DNA of 34,270 nt. It comes from an uncultured Clostridium sp. (GTDB lineage Bacteria > Bacillota > Clostridia > TANB77 > CAG-508). Each line of letters starts with the position of its first letter. Position 1 is the stretch's first letter. The notes below the pieces were generated by a model. It was not told where the DNA came from. It did not search any database and saw nothing but the letters and a program-made list of their open reading frames with translations. The DNA lies in contig CAMCHB010000001.1 in the NCBI GenBank assembly GCA_945874585.1, forward strand, positions 1 to 34,270, written 5' to 3'. Shown in pieces: positions 9,841 to 17,854 of the stretch. The translations under genes and the position numbers were made by a program.

Positions 9841-11195
9841 TGGCAAAAACAAAAAATGTTTTTGTTTGTAGCAATTGTGGGTATGAGTCAGCCAAATGGC
9901 TTGGCAAATGCCCTGGTTGCAATGAATGGAATTCATTTTATGAAGAAAAGTTTACAAAGGATACAAAATCTACAGGAGAAAAGAGGGTTGTGAAAGCAAC
10001 CAAATTAAATGAGGTAGAAAAAAGACAGACAACGCGCTTTTCAACTGGCATTCAAGAATTAGATCGAGTATTAGGGGGAGGCATGGTGGAAGGCTCCCTT
10101 ATTTTATTGGGTGGAGAACCAGGTATTGGAAAATCTACTTTGATTTTACAAATATGCAACCATGTTAAAGTGGGAGGCAATGTCTTGTATGTATCAGGCG
10201 AAGAATCTGCTGAACAAATCAAATTAAGAGCAGATCGCTTGCAAGTGCATAATGACCAAATTCTTTTTTTAGCGCAAACTGATATGGATTTAATCAAGAG
10301 TGAAATGGAAGAAATAAAACCAGGGCTTGTTATTATTGATTCCATCCAAACGATTTATTCGGATGATATTTCTTCTGCCCCAGGCAGTGTGAGTCAGGTG
10401 CGCGAAATTACAGCTCAAATTATGAAAACCTGCAAACAAAATCATATTACAACCATCATTATTGGCCATGTGACAAAAGATGGAAATATTGCAGGACCTC
10501 GTGTTTTAGAGCATATGGTGGATACGGTTCTTTATCTAGAAGGAGAACGTTATTTTTCGTATCGTATTTTACGTAGTGTGAAAAATCGTTTTGGTTCAAC
10601 CAATGAAATTGGTATGTTTGAAATGCAAGATACTGGTATGGTTGAAATCACCAATCCTTCACAAATTTTGATTTCGGAAAGAGAAGGAAATCCAGCTGGT
10701 TCTGTAATTGTAGCTAGTATGGAAGGAACCCGTTCCATTTTAGTGGAATTGCAGGCATTGGTAACGCCAAGTGTATTTGGTATGCCAAGAAGAACAGCCA
10801 TGGGAATTGACTACAATCGTCTTACTTTGCTAATGGCAGTATTGGAAAAAAGAGCAGGACTGATGTTAGGAAATCAAGATGCTTATTTAAATATAGTCGG
10901 TGGCATGAAAATGAATGAACCAGCTATTGATTTAGGAATTGTACTTGCTGTTGCTTCTAGTTTTAAGAATTGCAGTATTCCCAAAGACCTAGTGGCTATT
11001 GGAGAAGTGGGTCTAACCGGAGAGGTCAGAGCTGTCAATCAAATAGAAAAAAGACTCAAAGAAGTCGAAAAATTGGGATTTAAGACATGTATTATTCCAG
11101 AAAATAACAAGAAACTATTGAAAGAAAAATATAAATTAGATATAATAGGTGTGAAAAATATTGTAGAGGCAATGAAACAAATTGGCTTAAAATAA
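9840..11195 (+). CDS. radA: DNA repair protein RadA/Sms
   Basis: N-terminal zinc finger CSNCGYESAKWLGKCPGC, Walker A GEPGIGKST, RadA-specific KNRFG motif, and a Lon-protease-like C-terminal domain (GEVGLTGEVR). Confidence 0.95.
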   Translation: MAKTKNVFVCSNCGYESAKWLGKCPGCNEWNSFYEEKFTKDTKSTGEKRVVKATKLNEVEKRQTTRFSTGIQELDRVLGGGMVEGSLILLGGEPGIGKSTLILQICNHVKVGGNVLYVSGEESAEQIKLRADRLQVHNDQILFLAQTDMDLIKSEMEEIKPGLVIIDSIQTIYSDDISSAPGSVSQVREITAQIMKTCKQNHITTIIIGHVTKDGNIAGPRVLEHMVDTVLYLEGERYFSYRILRSVKNRFGSTNEIGMFEMQDTGMVEITNPSQILISEREGNPAGSVIVASMEGTRSILVELQALVTPSVFGMPRRTAMGIDYNRLTLLMAVLEKRAGLMLGNQDAYLNIVGGMKMNEPAIDLGIVLAVASSFKNCSIPKDLVAIGEVGLTGEVRAVNQIEKRLKEVEKLGFKTCIIPENNKKLLKEKYKLDIIGVKNIVEAMKQIGLK

Positions 11196-11207
11196 GGAGT
11201 GATACGG

Positions 11208-12290
11208 TTGGACGAAAACTTAAAAAAGGAGAACACACGAACCGAAATTATGAAATTGATTGCACCAGGAACTCCTATTCGCGAAGGGTTAGAAAATGTT
11301 TTAAAGGCAAAAACCGGTGCTTTAATTATCATTGGAGACACAAAAGAAGTTTTAGATTTGGTCGATGGCGGTTTCAAAATAGACGAAGATTATACACCAG
11401 CTCGTTTATATGAACTTGCCAAAATGGATGGAGCCATAGTGCTAAGTGCGGATTTAAAGCGTATTTTATTAGCCAATGCACAAATTATTCCATCTCCCAC
11501 CATTCCAACCAAAGAAACCGGAACAAGACACAGAACAGCTGAAAGAACAGCCAAACAAACTGGAAAATTGGTGATTAGTATTTCCCAAAGAAGAAATATT
11601 ATCACCGTGTTTCAAGGAAATTTCCGTTACACCTTAGAAGAAACATCTAAAATTATTACCAAAGCCAACCAGGCATTACAAATACTAGAAAAATACAAAA
11701 AAGTTTTTGATGATAAATTGAATTTATTAAATGAATATGAATTTAACGATATTGTAACCTTAGACAATGTGATTACTTGTATTCAAAGAGCCGAAATGGT
11801 GATGCAAGTTGTGGATGAGGTACAACGCCGTATCGATGAATTGGGCGAAGATGGCCGATTGGTCAAAATGCAATTAGAGGAATTGATTGGCGGATTGGAA
11901 CAAGAAGAATTATTTATGATCAAAGATTATTTAGCCGATGGTCAAAAACGTAGTTGCGAAGAAGCTTTGCAAGAGATTCGTAGCAAAGGAGCCATGGGTC
12001 TTGTGGACAGTAATTGGGTGGCCAAAAGCTTAGGTTATGAAAATTTTGAAAATTATGAGGAGATTGCCGTTTATCCAAAGGGCTATCGTATTCTCAACAA
12101 AGTACCCAAAGTACCAAGTTATATTGTGGGAAATTTGGTTAAGTATTTTAAATCTTTCCAACATATCTTATTAGCCGATATTGGGGAACTAGATAAGGTA
12201 GATGGCATAGGAGAAGTACGTGCAAAATCCATTAAACAATCTTTAAAAAGAATGCAAGAACAATTTATTTTTGATAATGTTATGATTTAA
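11208..12290 (+). CDS. disA: DNA integrity scanning protein DisA (diadenylate cyclase)
   Basis: DAC domain motifs GALIIIGD, MDGAIVLS and GTRHRTAER, with a C-terminal HhH region (VDGIGEVRAKSIK). The track start GTG 11199 overlaps the SD AAGGAG (11194-11199), so in-frame TTG 11208 is preferred. Confidence 0.92.
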   Translation: MDENLKKENTRTEIMKLIAPGTPIREGLENVLKAKTGALIIIGDTKEVLDLVDGGFKIDEDYTPARLYELAKMDGAIVLSADLKRILLANAQIIPSPTIPTKETGTRHRTAERTAKQTGKLVISISQRRNIITVFQGNFRYTLEETSKIITKANQALQILEKYKKVFDDKLNLLNEYEFNDIVTLDNVITCIQRAEMVMQVVDEVQRRIDELGEDGRLVKMQLEELIGGLEQEELFMIKDYLADGQKRSCEEALQEIRSKGAMGLVDSNWVAKSLGYENFENYEEIAVYPKGYRILNKVPKVPSYIVGNLVKYFKSFQHILLADIGELDKVDGIGEVRAKSIKQSLKRMQEQFIFDNVMI

Positions 12291-12322
12291 AACACAGTAG
12301 AAAAGAGAGGATGAGATAGAGT

Positions 12323-14284
12323 ATGAAATCCAATAAAGGTATCACATTAGTGGCATTGATTATCATGGTAGTTGTCATTAGTATTTTGGCTGGGTTACTA
12401 GTCAATACAAGTATGAGTGCTTACCGTAGTGCAAAAGTAACACAATTTGTGGCACGTATGAACATGGTGCAAAGTAAGGTTAATATAGCCTATGCATCCA
12501 TAAAAAAAGGGGATATAACGGCTGAAAATTATGGTATACAGGCAACAGATGCTAACAGTAGTTTACAGGATAAAATGAAAACAGCATCTGGTAGTAATCA
12601 ATTGGATCAATTTCGCTATCTATCTTCTAGTCATTTGAAATCAGATTTAGACTTGGAAAATATTCCAGAAGATATCATCGTTAATTTTAATACAAGGGAA
12701 ATTTATAGTTTAAATGGAATAAAACGTGATGGAAAAATCTATTACAATCAATACCAGTTACCAGGTGGCGAGTTTAATATAAAATTTTCCAACAAGAATC
12801 AAGAGGCACCAGATTTTCAATTGGAAAAACAAAATTATGGTTTATATACCGAGATTTTGGTAAAAAATATTACCTATAAAGGAAATGTAGGTGGTGGTAC
12901 CATTTATTATGGTTACCAAACAGGCGAAAACAACGGAGTCCCTACGGTAGATAGCTGGAAAGAGACAACCGAAAAAATTCATATAGAAGTAAGTGGTACC
13001 TATGCTATTAAAATCATTGATAAAGCAGGAAATGAAACCATCAAAACCGTGAAAGTAGTGTTGGAAAATGCTCCCAGCACCACCAGTGATATGACACCCG
13101 TGGTTTACGATGAAAGTGCAAAAAAATGGAAAAAAGTCAACAAGGACAATATGGGTAGTTGGTTTGATTATGCCGAAAATAAATGGGCCAATATCATGAT
13201 GAACGATGGAATGGTGGTAGATAGCAATGGCTATGTAACCTCTTATGGTAGTATGTTTGTGTGGTTACCTCGTTATGCTTATAATATCAAAAATAATTTC
13301 CATACCAATCAAGCAGGTACTATTGAAGTAAAATTCTTAAAAGGAACGACCAATCTAACAACCGACCAAACCCATATCCCAATTTCAACGACCTCTGGTA
13401 ATGACAAATGGTTGGTACACCCTGCTTTTCAAAATGGTACCAAAACGAGTTTTTCAAAAGGAGAGTGGAATTGCGAAATCGAAGGCTTGTGGTTTGCAAA
13501 ATTTGAAACCAGTATGGAAACCAATGGAACCCATACCGATACCAATAGTGTAACAACTGGAGATGTCTTAACCAGTGATACCATCAAAGCCGTTGTAAAA
13601 CCTGGGGTAAGCAGTTGGAGCTATGCCAGTGTTGGTACTTTTTACACCAATTGTTACCAGTACAATCGCAAGGCCAATAGTCATTTGATCAAAAACAGTG
13701 AATGGGGAGCTATGGGCTATTTAGCTCAAAGTGAATATGGCAGAAATGGGACACCCATTACCATTCAAAACGCTTTCAAGTTTCAAGGTAGTACGGGGAG
13801 TACGACCAATGGAGAAGCCTATAATACAGCTAGTGGCGTATTAGGTAGCACAACAGGTAATGTTTATGGAATTTACGATGTGTGTGGTATCAGAAATGAG
13901 TATACAGCCAGTTATATAGCAGGTGGATCGAGTAATTTAAGCCAATATGGTGCTTCTTTTGCTACCAAGGGAATCAGTGATCAATGTGCAACAGCATATC
14001 CAGCCGGTAGTAGTGTAGCCAGTAATACGGGGATGTCTGAGAGCTATTCAGCATGGAGCCAAATTTATGGAGATGCTATTTGGGAAGTTTCAAATGGGAC
14101 AGGTTCTAATACAGCATGGGGACAAAAAAAAATGGACGATGATGGAGCAACCAGTAATAATGATAATGAGCCATTCTTTCTTCAATACTTGGCAGGAGCA
14201 ATATGTCAAACACAAGATGCTTTGGGAACCCCTGAACGTAGTATCGCAAGCCGTATCGCATTGGTGGTAACCCAAGATCAATAG
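12323..14284 (+). CDS. Large secreted or surface protein with a prepilin-type N-terminal hydrophobic segment (no Glu+5), a central beta-rich module and a C-terminal domain resembling the FGE-sulfatase/C-type-lectin fold
   Basis: MKSNKG|ITLVALIIMVVVISILAGLLV resembles a class III (prepilin) signal, but position +5 is Ala. The central part is Ig-like (YTEILVKNITYKG...SGTYAIKIIDKAGNETIKTVKVVL). The C-terminal motifs are FVWLPRYAY, HPAFQNG, GLWFAKFETS, KPGVSSWSYASVGTFYTNC, HLIKNSEWGAMGYLAQSEYG, GNVYGIYDVCGIRNEY and YGDAIWEV. Confidence 0.75.
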   Translation: MKSNKGITLVALIIMVVVISILAGLLVNTSMSAYRSAKVTQFVARMNMVQSKVNIAYASIKKGDITAENYGIQATDANSSLQDKMKTASGSNQLDQFRYLSSSHLKSDLDLENIPEDIIVNFNTREIYSLNGIKRDGKIYYNQYQLPGGEFNIKFSNKNQEAPDFQLEKQNYGLYTEILVKNITYKGNVGGGTIYYGYQTGENNGVPTVDSWKETTEKIHIEVSGTYAIKIIDKAGNETIKTVKVVLENAPSTTSDMTPVVYDESAKKWKKVNKDNMGSWFDYAENKWANIMMNDGMVVDSNGYVTSYGSMFVWLPRYAYNIKNNFHTNQAGTIEVKFLKGTTNLTTDQTHIPISTTSGNDKWLVHPAFQNGTKTSFSKGEWNCEIEGLWFAKFETSMETNGTHTDTNSVTTGDVLTSDTIKAVVKPGVSSWSYASVGTFYTNCYQYNRKANSHLIKNSEWGAMGYLAQSEYGRNGTPITIQNAFKFQGSTGSTTNGEAYNTASGVLGSTTGNVYGIYDVCGIRNEYTASYIAGGSSNLSQYGASFATKGISDQCATAYPAGSSVASNTGMSESYSAWSQIYGDAIWEVSNGTGSNTAWGQKKMDDDGATSNNDNEPFFLQYLAGAICQTQDALGTPERSIASRIALVVTQDQ

Positions 14285-14292
14285 GAGTTTTC

Positions 14293-14314
14293 AAAATGGT
14301 AGTGCTACCATTTT
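14293..14314 (+). terminator. Hairpin/terminator after the pilin-like gene
   Basis: AAAATGGTA gtgc TACCATTTT is a perfect inverted repeat with an A-tract on the 5' side and a T-tract on the 3' side, 9 nt after the stop codon. Confidence 0.45.
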
Positions 14315-14349
14315 AGTTATAAAATATATCAAATAAATGGAGAAAAAAG

Positions 14350-15054
14350 ATGATTGAAACAATTAAAATGTATATCCTACTATTTTTTATTTATGCAGTG
14401 GCAGGATGGATAATGGAATCTACGAGTGTTTCCATTCAAACCAAAAAATGGGTAAACCGAGGTTTTTTGATTGGACCTATTTGCCCGATTTATGGTTATG
14501 GAGCTTTAATGGTAACGATATTTTTAAGCAAATATCAAGCAGATCCGATCATAACTTTCTGTATGTCTGTTATCATTTGTGGAGCACTTGAATATTTTAC
14601 CAGTTTTGCAATGGAAAAATTGTTCAATGCTAGATGGTGGGATTACAGTGACCGAAAATTCAATATCAATGGACGTATTTGTTTAGAAAACTTAGTCTTA
14701 TTTGGTATAGGTTGTTGCTTGGTGATCTATGGTACGAATCCATGGTTGATACAAGCAATTGGTAGCATACCAGATCAAGTGCAAACCCTATTGATTGCGA
14801 TTTTACTAGCACTTCATATAACCGATAATGTTATTTCATATCATATTATCTTTAATTTGAAACAAGTATCAAATGAAATTAAAGACAACACCATTGAGAT
14901 TTCAGAAAAGGTAAAACATATCATTTACAACAAATCAACCTTGTATCGACGTTTGGTGAATGCTTTCCCAGATGTAAAGGAAAAAGTGGATTTTGCTAGG
15001 TGGAATATTAAGGAAAAATTAGAGAAAATGAAAGAAGAGGTCAGAAAAAAATAG
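14350..15054 (+). CDS. Polytopic membrane protein of the 'putative ABC-transporter type IV' family (PF06541-like)
   Basis: Characteristic N-terminus LLFFIYAVAGWIMESTSVSIQTKKWVNRGFLIGPICPIYGYGALMV, followed by ARWWDYSDRKFNINGRICLENL. Several TM helices. SD GGAG lies 7 nt upstream. Confidence 0.8.
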   Translation: MIETIKMYILLFFIYAVAGWIMESTSVSIQTKKWVNRGFLIGPICPIYGYGALMVTIFLSKYQADPIITFCMSVIICGALEYFTSFAMEKLFNARWWDYSDRKFNINGRICLENLVLFGIGCCLVIYGTNPWLIQAIGSIPDQVQTLLIAILLALHITDNVISYHIIFNLKQVSNEIKDNTIEISEKVKHIIYNKSTLYRRLVNAFPDVKEKVDFARWNIKEKLEKMKEEVRKK

Positions 15055-15062
15055 GACTTGAA

Positions 15063-15110
15063 AATGAACTGAACATGAACGAATTTGTTCATGATTAGTT
15101 CATTTTTTTT
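15063..15110 (+). terminator. Rho-independent terminator
   Basis: Nested stems: AATGAACT (15063-15070) pairs with AGTTCATT (15097-15104), and CATGAAC (15074-15080) pairs with GTTCATG (15087-15093). The structure runs into a T8 tract ending at 15110. Confidence 0.75.
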
Positions 15111-15208
15111 GTATATAATCATACAAAATTCGACAAGGATGTTTGCAAATCGACAAATATTCTAGAAGAATGCCACGCAAAAATGGCGGAAAAATAAGGA
15201 GGAATAAA

Positions 15209-16570
15209 ATGGGTGTTGTAAAAGATAAGGCAATGGAATTAGTCATTAAACAAAGTATTAAAAAGGTAAAAGAAAATCCAGATGAGAATTTACCAAAGAT
15301 GGTAGAAATGGTTAAAAAGTATGATAAAAACAATATGTGGGCTGGACAATATGCTTTTTTGGAGAAAGTAACACGCAATCCAGATGATAATTGGAATCAT
15401 TATATCAAAGGTATGCTAGAAGATATTGATGAAGAAATTCTAGAAAAGTTTTTGTGTAATTTTATTATAAATTCTGCCATTAAGGGCATTGCTAAAAATA
15501 GAGAAATAACAGAAAAGGAGCATTGTGGAGCACCATGGGCCATTGTTATGGATCCAACCACTGCTTGTAATATGCGCTGTACCGGTTGCTGGGCAGCCGA
15601 TTATGGAAAGAGCTTAAATCTTGGATTTGACTTAATGGACAAAATTGTAACACAAGGAAAAGAAATTGGATGCTATTGGTATCTATTTACTGGTGGAGAA
15701 CCATTGGTTAAAAAAGACGAAATTTTAAAATTGTGTGAAAAGCATTCTGATTGTATCTTTGTTGCATTTACCAATGCTACCTTAATCGATGAGGAGTTTG
15801 CTCAAAAAGTTAGAAAAGTCGGCAATCTATCTTTCTCTATTAGTGTGGAAGGTTCTGAAGAAACTACAGATTTAAGAAGAGGTAAGGGAGCTTACCAAAA
15901 AGTTATGAAAGCCATGGATGTATTAAAGAGAAATAAAATTCTATTTGGTTTTTCAACTTGTGCTACTTCAGCAAATTGCGATTATATTATGAGTGAAGCA
16001 TATTTTGATAAAATGATTGAAAAAGGTTGTAAATATGGCTGGTATTTCAATTACATGCCAGTTGGTTGTGGAGCAGACACCAGTTTGTTAACGACACCAA
16101 AACAAAGAGAAGATATGTATTATAAATTGGCAGAATACAGGGGTACAAAACCATTGTTTACCGTCGATTTTTGGAATGATGGTCGTTTTGTAGGAGGTTG
16201 TATTGCTGGTGGTAAACATTACATGCATATCAATGCCAATGGTGATGTTGAGCCATGTGTATTTATTCATTATTCAAATGCTAATATCAAGGAAAAAGAT
16301 TTATTGGAATGTTTAAAACAACCTATTTTCCAAGAGTATCAAAAGAATCAACCATTTAATGGTAATCTATTACGTCCATGTCCTTTATTGGATAATGAAG
16401 GAAAATTAGCTGAAATGGTTCACCGTTGTGGAGCACATTCTACAGATTTGGCTCATCCAGAAAATGTGGATAGCTTATGTGCAAAATGTCATGATATTTC
16501 AAGAGATTGGGGTAAAGTAGCAGATGAACTTTGGGAAAAAGAAGGACATCCAGTGAAAGAAACCAAATAA
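15209..16570 (+). CDS. Radical SAM enzyme with a ~130 aa helical N-terminal extension and a Cys-rich, partial-SPASM/twitch-like C-terminal region; substrate unknown
   Basis: CxxxCxxC cluster motif ACNMRCTGCW, then FTGGEPL. C-terminal region CIAGGKHYMHINANGDVEPC (C-x19-C containing Gx4C) plus further Cys in RPCP, HRCG and CAKC. Preferred start is ATG 15209, preceded by SD AAGGAGG (15197-15203); the track start 15143 has no SD. Confidence 0.88.
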   Translation: MGVVKDKAMELVIKQSIKKVKENPDENLPKMVEMVKKYDKNNMWAGQYAFLEKVTRNPDDNWNHYIKGMLEDIDEEILEKFLCNFIINSAIKGIAKNREITEKEHCGAPWAIVMDPTTACNMRCTGCWAADYGKSLNLGFDLMDKIVTQGKEIGCYWYLFTGGEPLVKKDEILKLCEKHSDCIFVAFTNATLIDEEFAQKVRKVGNLSFSISVEGSEETTDLRRGKGAYQKVMKAMDVLKRNKILFGFSTCATSANCDYIMSEAYFDKMIEKGCKYGWYFNYMPVGCGADTSLLTTPKQREDMYYKLAEYRGTKPLFTVDFWNDGRFVGGCIAGGKHYMHINANGDVEPCVFIHYSNANIKEKDLLECLKQPIFQEYQKNQPFNGNLLRPCPLLDNEGKLAEMVHRCGAHSTDLAHPENVDSLCAKCHDISRDWGKVADELWEKEGHPVKETK

Positions 16571-16584
16571 AAAATTAGTAAGAA

Positions 16585-16612
16585 GGTATACGAAAAAGCG
16601 TATGCCTTTTTT
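16585..16612 (+). terminator. Rho-independent terminator after the radical SAM gene
   Basis: GGTATACG (16585-16592) pairs with CGTATGCC (16599-16606), 8 bp including one G-U, with an A-rich loop, followed by TTTTTT (16607-16612). Confidence 0.7.
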
Positions 16613-16619
16613 GCAATAA

Positions 16620-16648
16620 TTGACATTTTTTCAAAAAAGTGTTAACAT
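16620..16648 (+). promoter_or_regulatory. Strong sigma-A type promoter for the small-peptide unit
   Basis: Consensus -35 TTGACA (16620-16625), 17-nt spacer ending in TGt (extended -10 TG at 16640-16641), and -10 TAACAT (16643-16648). Confidence 0.6.
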
Positions 16649-16727
16649 AATAATAGATTTGCTTATCAATCCTCTTAAGACAACAAGTTCTAACAGGATG
16701 TGTTTCCAAGTGGAAGGAGGGAGAACT

Positions 16728-16886
16728 ATGAGCGTTATTATGTTAAGCATTGTAGCATTAGTCTGTGTAACACTCTTATCTGCCATGATTGTGGTACGGT
16801 GCAAGGAGAATGTTGTTTATGCACTAATTTTGGAATTAGCCTTACTAATTATGATTGCTGCCATGAATGGAATTCAAATTCGATGA
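16728..16886 (+). CDS. Small hydrophobic two-helix membrane peptide A (52 aa)
   Basis: ATG 16728 lies 7 nt after SD AAGGAGG (16714-16720). Product: MSVIMLSIVALVCVTLLSAMIVVRCKENVVYALILELALLIMIAAMNGIQIR. It has two hydrophobic stretches joined by RCKEN. The track shows it only as the tail of an implausible 88 aa ORF (16620..16886) that would start inside the promoter. Confidence 0.6.
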   Translation: MSVIMLSIVALVCVTLLSAMIVVRCKENVVYALILELALLIMIAAMNGIQIR

Positions 16887-16915
16887 ATGTTTTCTTTCAG
16901 AGAAGGAAATGAACA

Positions 16916-17071
16916 ATGGATTTAATGCGGATGTCTGAAATGATGTTAATAGGGCTTATGGTTATTTCGGGAGCAATGGCATGGTTGGGAAGAGAAAAAT
17001 TACATTATTATGTTTTGGAACTTAATATTGTAATACTTTTCATGGTCACTATGCTTGATTGCTTCTGGTAA
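16916..17071 (+). CDS. Small hydrophobic two-helix membrane peptide B (51 aa), paralogue of peptide A
   Basis: ATG 16916 lies 8 nt after GAAGGA (16902-16907). Product: MDLMRMSEMMLIGLMVISGAMAWLGREKLHYYVLELNIVILFMVTMLDCFW. It has the same architecture as peptide A (helix, REKLH loop, helix) and shares S(G)AM and (I/V)LEL motifs with it. It is below the ORF-track length cutoff. Confidence 0.55.
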   Translation: MDLMRMSEMMLIGLMVISGAMAWLGREKLHYYVLELNIVILFMVTMLDCFW

Positions 17072-17077
17072 ATCAAA

Positions 17078-17112
17078 ACAAAAGGAGGTTACAATTGGTA
17101 ATCTCCTTTTGT
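17078..17112 (+). terminator. 15-bp hairpin closing the small-peptide unit (terminator or attenuator-like)
   Basis: ACAAAAGGAGGTTAC (17078-17092) pairs with GTAATCTCCTTTTGT (17098-17112) with one G-U and a 5-nt loop. The 3' arm ends in TTTTGT, but no long U-tract follows. Confidence 0.5.
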
Positions 17113-17134
17113 TCACATAGAGTTCATAAAGCTT

Positions 17135-17143
17135 TGCTATAAT
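17135..17143 (+). promoter_or_regulatory. Possible extended -10 promoter for the two-component operon
   Basis: TGcTATAAT (TG at 17135-17136, TATAAT at 17138-17143), 29 nt upstream of the response-regulator ATG. There is no convincing -35. Confidence 0.3.
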
Positions 17144-17171
17144 TTGCAAAAATGAGTGAGGTGAAGGTTTT

Positions 17172-17852
17172 ATGTTTAATATTCTCATCGTGGAAGATGA
17201 TAAAAATTTACGAAAATTGATGGTCACTTCCCTAATCAAAAATCAATATCATACTTTTGAGGCAACCAATGGAGCGGAAGCATTGGAGGTGCTAGATAAA
17301 AATTATATTGATTTGGTGATTAGTGATGTTAAGATGCCAGAAATGGATGGCTATGAATTGGTTAAGGATTTACGTGATTCCCAATATGAAATTCCCATTA
17401 TGCTGATTACAGCTAAAGCAGGAATTGAGGATAAAAAACTAGGCTTTTTGCTAGGTGCAGATGACTATATGGTAAAACCTATCAACATGGAAGAAATGGT
17501 GCTACGTGTACAGGTTTTATTAAAAAGAGCCAAACGAATCAATGAAAGGAAAATTCGCATAGGAGATTTGGTGTTGGACTATAAGCAATTGACGGTGATG
17601 CGTGGCAATCAAGTTTATAATCTGGCTCAAAAAGAATTTTATTTATTGTATAAATTATTAGGCACACCCAATACGATTTTTACTAGACAAGAACTGATTG
17701 AAGAAATTTGGGGCTTAGAAAGTGAATCCGATTATCGAACGGTAGATGTGCATATCAAAAGAATTCGTGAAAAAATGGGAGATGTGCCAGAGTTTGAAAT
17801 TCAGACGGTTCGCGGGATTGGATACAAATGTATCTTACACCAGAAAGGATAA
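17172..17852 (+). CDS. OmpR/PhoB-family response regulator
   Basis: Receiver domain (ILIVEDD, phospho-acceptor context LVISDVKMPEMDG, ITAK) and a winged-helix output domain (LAQKEFYLLYKLL...RTVDVHIKRIREKM...VRGIGYK). Confidence 0.93.
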   Translation: MFNILIVEDDKNLRKLMVTSLIKNQYHTFEATNGAEALEVLDKNYIDLVISDVKMPEMDGYELVKDLRDSQYEIPIMLITAKAGIEDKKLGFLLGADDYMVKPINMEEMVLRVQVLLKRAKRINERKIRIGDLVLDYKQLTVMRGNQVYNLAQKEFYLLYKLLGTPNTIFTRQELIEEIWGLESESDYRTVDVHIKRIREKMGDVPEFEIQTVRGIGYKCILHQKG

Positions 17853-17854
17853 TT

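Noticed and set aside
16620-16912. Track ORFs 16620..16886 (88 aa) and 16700..16912 (70 aa) taken at face value
   Set aside because: The first would initiate inside the -35 hexamer with no SD; only its last 52 codons (from ATG 16728 behind AAGGAGG) are credible. The second is an alternative frame with no SD and a Cys/His-rich, random-looking translation.
15209-17071. Radical SAM enzyme plus two downstream small peptides as a RiPP (sactipeptide/ranthipeptide-type) cluster
   Set aside because: A strong terminator and a separate consensus promoter lie between the enzyme and the peptides. The peptides are almost entirely hydrophobic two-helix sequences with no leader/core organisation and only 2 Cys (A) and 1 Cys (B). 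No RiPP recognition element, protease or exporter is present. The idea is not excluded but is unsupported.
17000-17239. 79 aa - strand ORF spanning peptide B, the hairpin and the response-regulator start
   Set aside because: It crosses a promoter, a hairpin and two better-supported + strand starts. It has no SD and its translation shows no recognisable motif.
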